Of a stretch of 38,773 nt of DNA, positions 38,330 through 38,773 are shown piece after piece. Under the pieces are notes generated by a model. It made no database searches, was not told the DNA's origin, and was given only the letters and a program-made list of their open reading frames with translations. Every line of letters starts with the position of its first letter. Positions within the stretch are counted from its first letter, which is position 1. The position numbers were made by a program, and so were the translations under genes. This DNA is from Cladosporium halotolerans. Lineage: Eukaryota. The DNA lies in contig NW_027191488.1 in assembly GCF_011745625.1 (NCBI RefSeq), positions 186,001 through 224,773 on the forward strand. Reading direction: 5' to 3'.

Positions 38330-38773
38330 TGTTGCAGGTATTTCCGGGAGACCGGGCGGAGGTGGGCTAAAAGCAATCCAAGAGATATAACTGGGCCAGG
38401 AATGTGCGCAGGAGGGTAATGAGGTCGTTAGTTGCAAAGATTGTTGTATGCGATTGAGATCTTGTAGTTGTCGTCGCTTTTTCCCAGGGCTGCCAAGGCA
38501 TGACAGTCGACCGACCGGCCTCCGCTTTTCCGAAAGTTTTCGAATTTCCCAGATTGGCTTGGCTCTCATGTTTTTTGAGAGACAATTGGGAACCAGGAAA
38601 GCCCACTCAGGTATCACTTGACGTCCGCTCAGATCTTTGACTGCACTGTACAAAGAATCTTACACTTGATCGTACTCGAAATACCATGTATGCTTTTTCA
38701 ACCTGGATGGACATATACATCATCCTTAAAGTGATTGCTGCCTCCCACCATCTTGCATCTCTTCGCCAGCTCT

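Noticed and set aside
38330..38653. 108-aa N-terminal extension of CTP1
   Set aside because: No carrier-like or otherwise recognisable sequence. ATG 38329 yields a standard-size carrier.
1..38773. Transposons, RIP-type AT-rich relics, rRNA, TPP riboswitch, further tRNAs
   Set aside because: I saw no transposase/RT ORFs, terminal repeats, AT-rich degraded blocks or the respective signature motifs. Other GGTTCGA/TCGAACC matches I noticed lie in coding sequence without cloverleafs.

Overview
Gene-dense, intron-poor eukaryotic DNA from a filamentous ascomycete (Pezizomycotina; Dothideomycetes-like is a guess from gene style only). In order, the window holds: the 5' end of a 'Swiss Army knife' HAD-family gene (partial), a DHR2-type DEAH helicase, a KEL3/KLHDC4 kelch protein, tRNA-Arg(UCU), MED11, TAF5 (with an unusual 559-nt first intron), mitoribosomal bL31m, a ~1006-aa putative mitochondrial protein with three KH-like domains plus a flavin-reductase-like domain, a WSC1-type wall sensor, ecdysoneless/hSGT1, the pericentrin-like spindle-pole protein Pcp1/PcpA, VTS1/Smaug, a GH16 glucanase, an SLC1/DAACS amino-acid/dicarboxylate symporter, a PL1 pectate lyase and the mitochondrial citrate carrier CTP1. 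I see no transposon, CRISPR array, rRNA or secondary-metabolite backbone gene. The strongest unexplained signals are: (1) five or six ~1-kb domains where the DNA flips from extremely C-rich to extremely G-rich, overriding codon and even amino-acid choice and running past stop codons; (2) the TAF5 intron, whose terminal stem shortens it to the normal ~52-nt effective length and encloses a multi-hairpin RNA; (3) the KH-like plus flavin-reductase fusion with a possible internal mitochondrial-processing site, head-to-head with a mitoribosomal gene; (4) dense TCAGGCA/CAGGC clusters upstream of both VTS1 and WSC1. All family calls rest on motif recognition by eye, not database searches.
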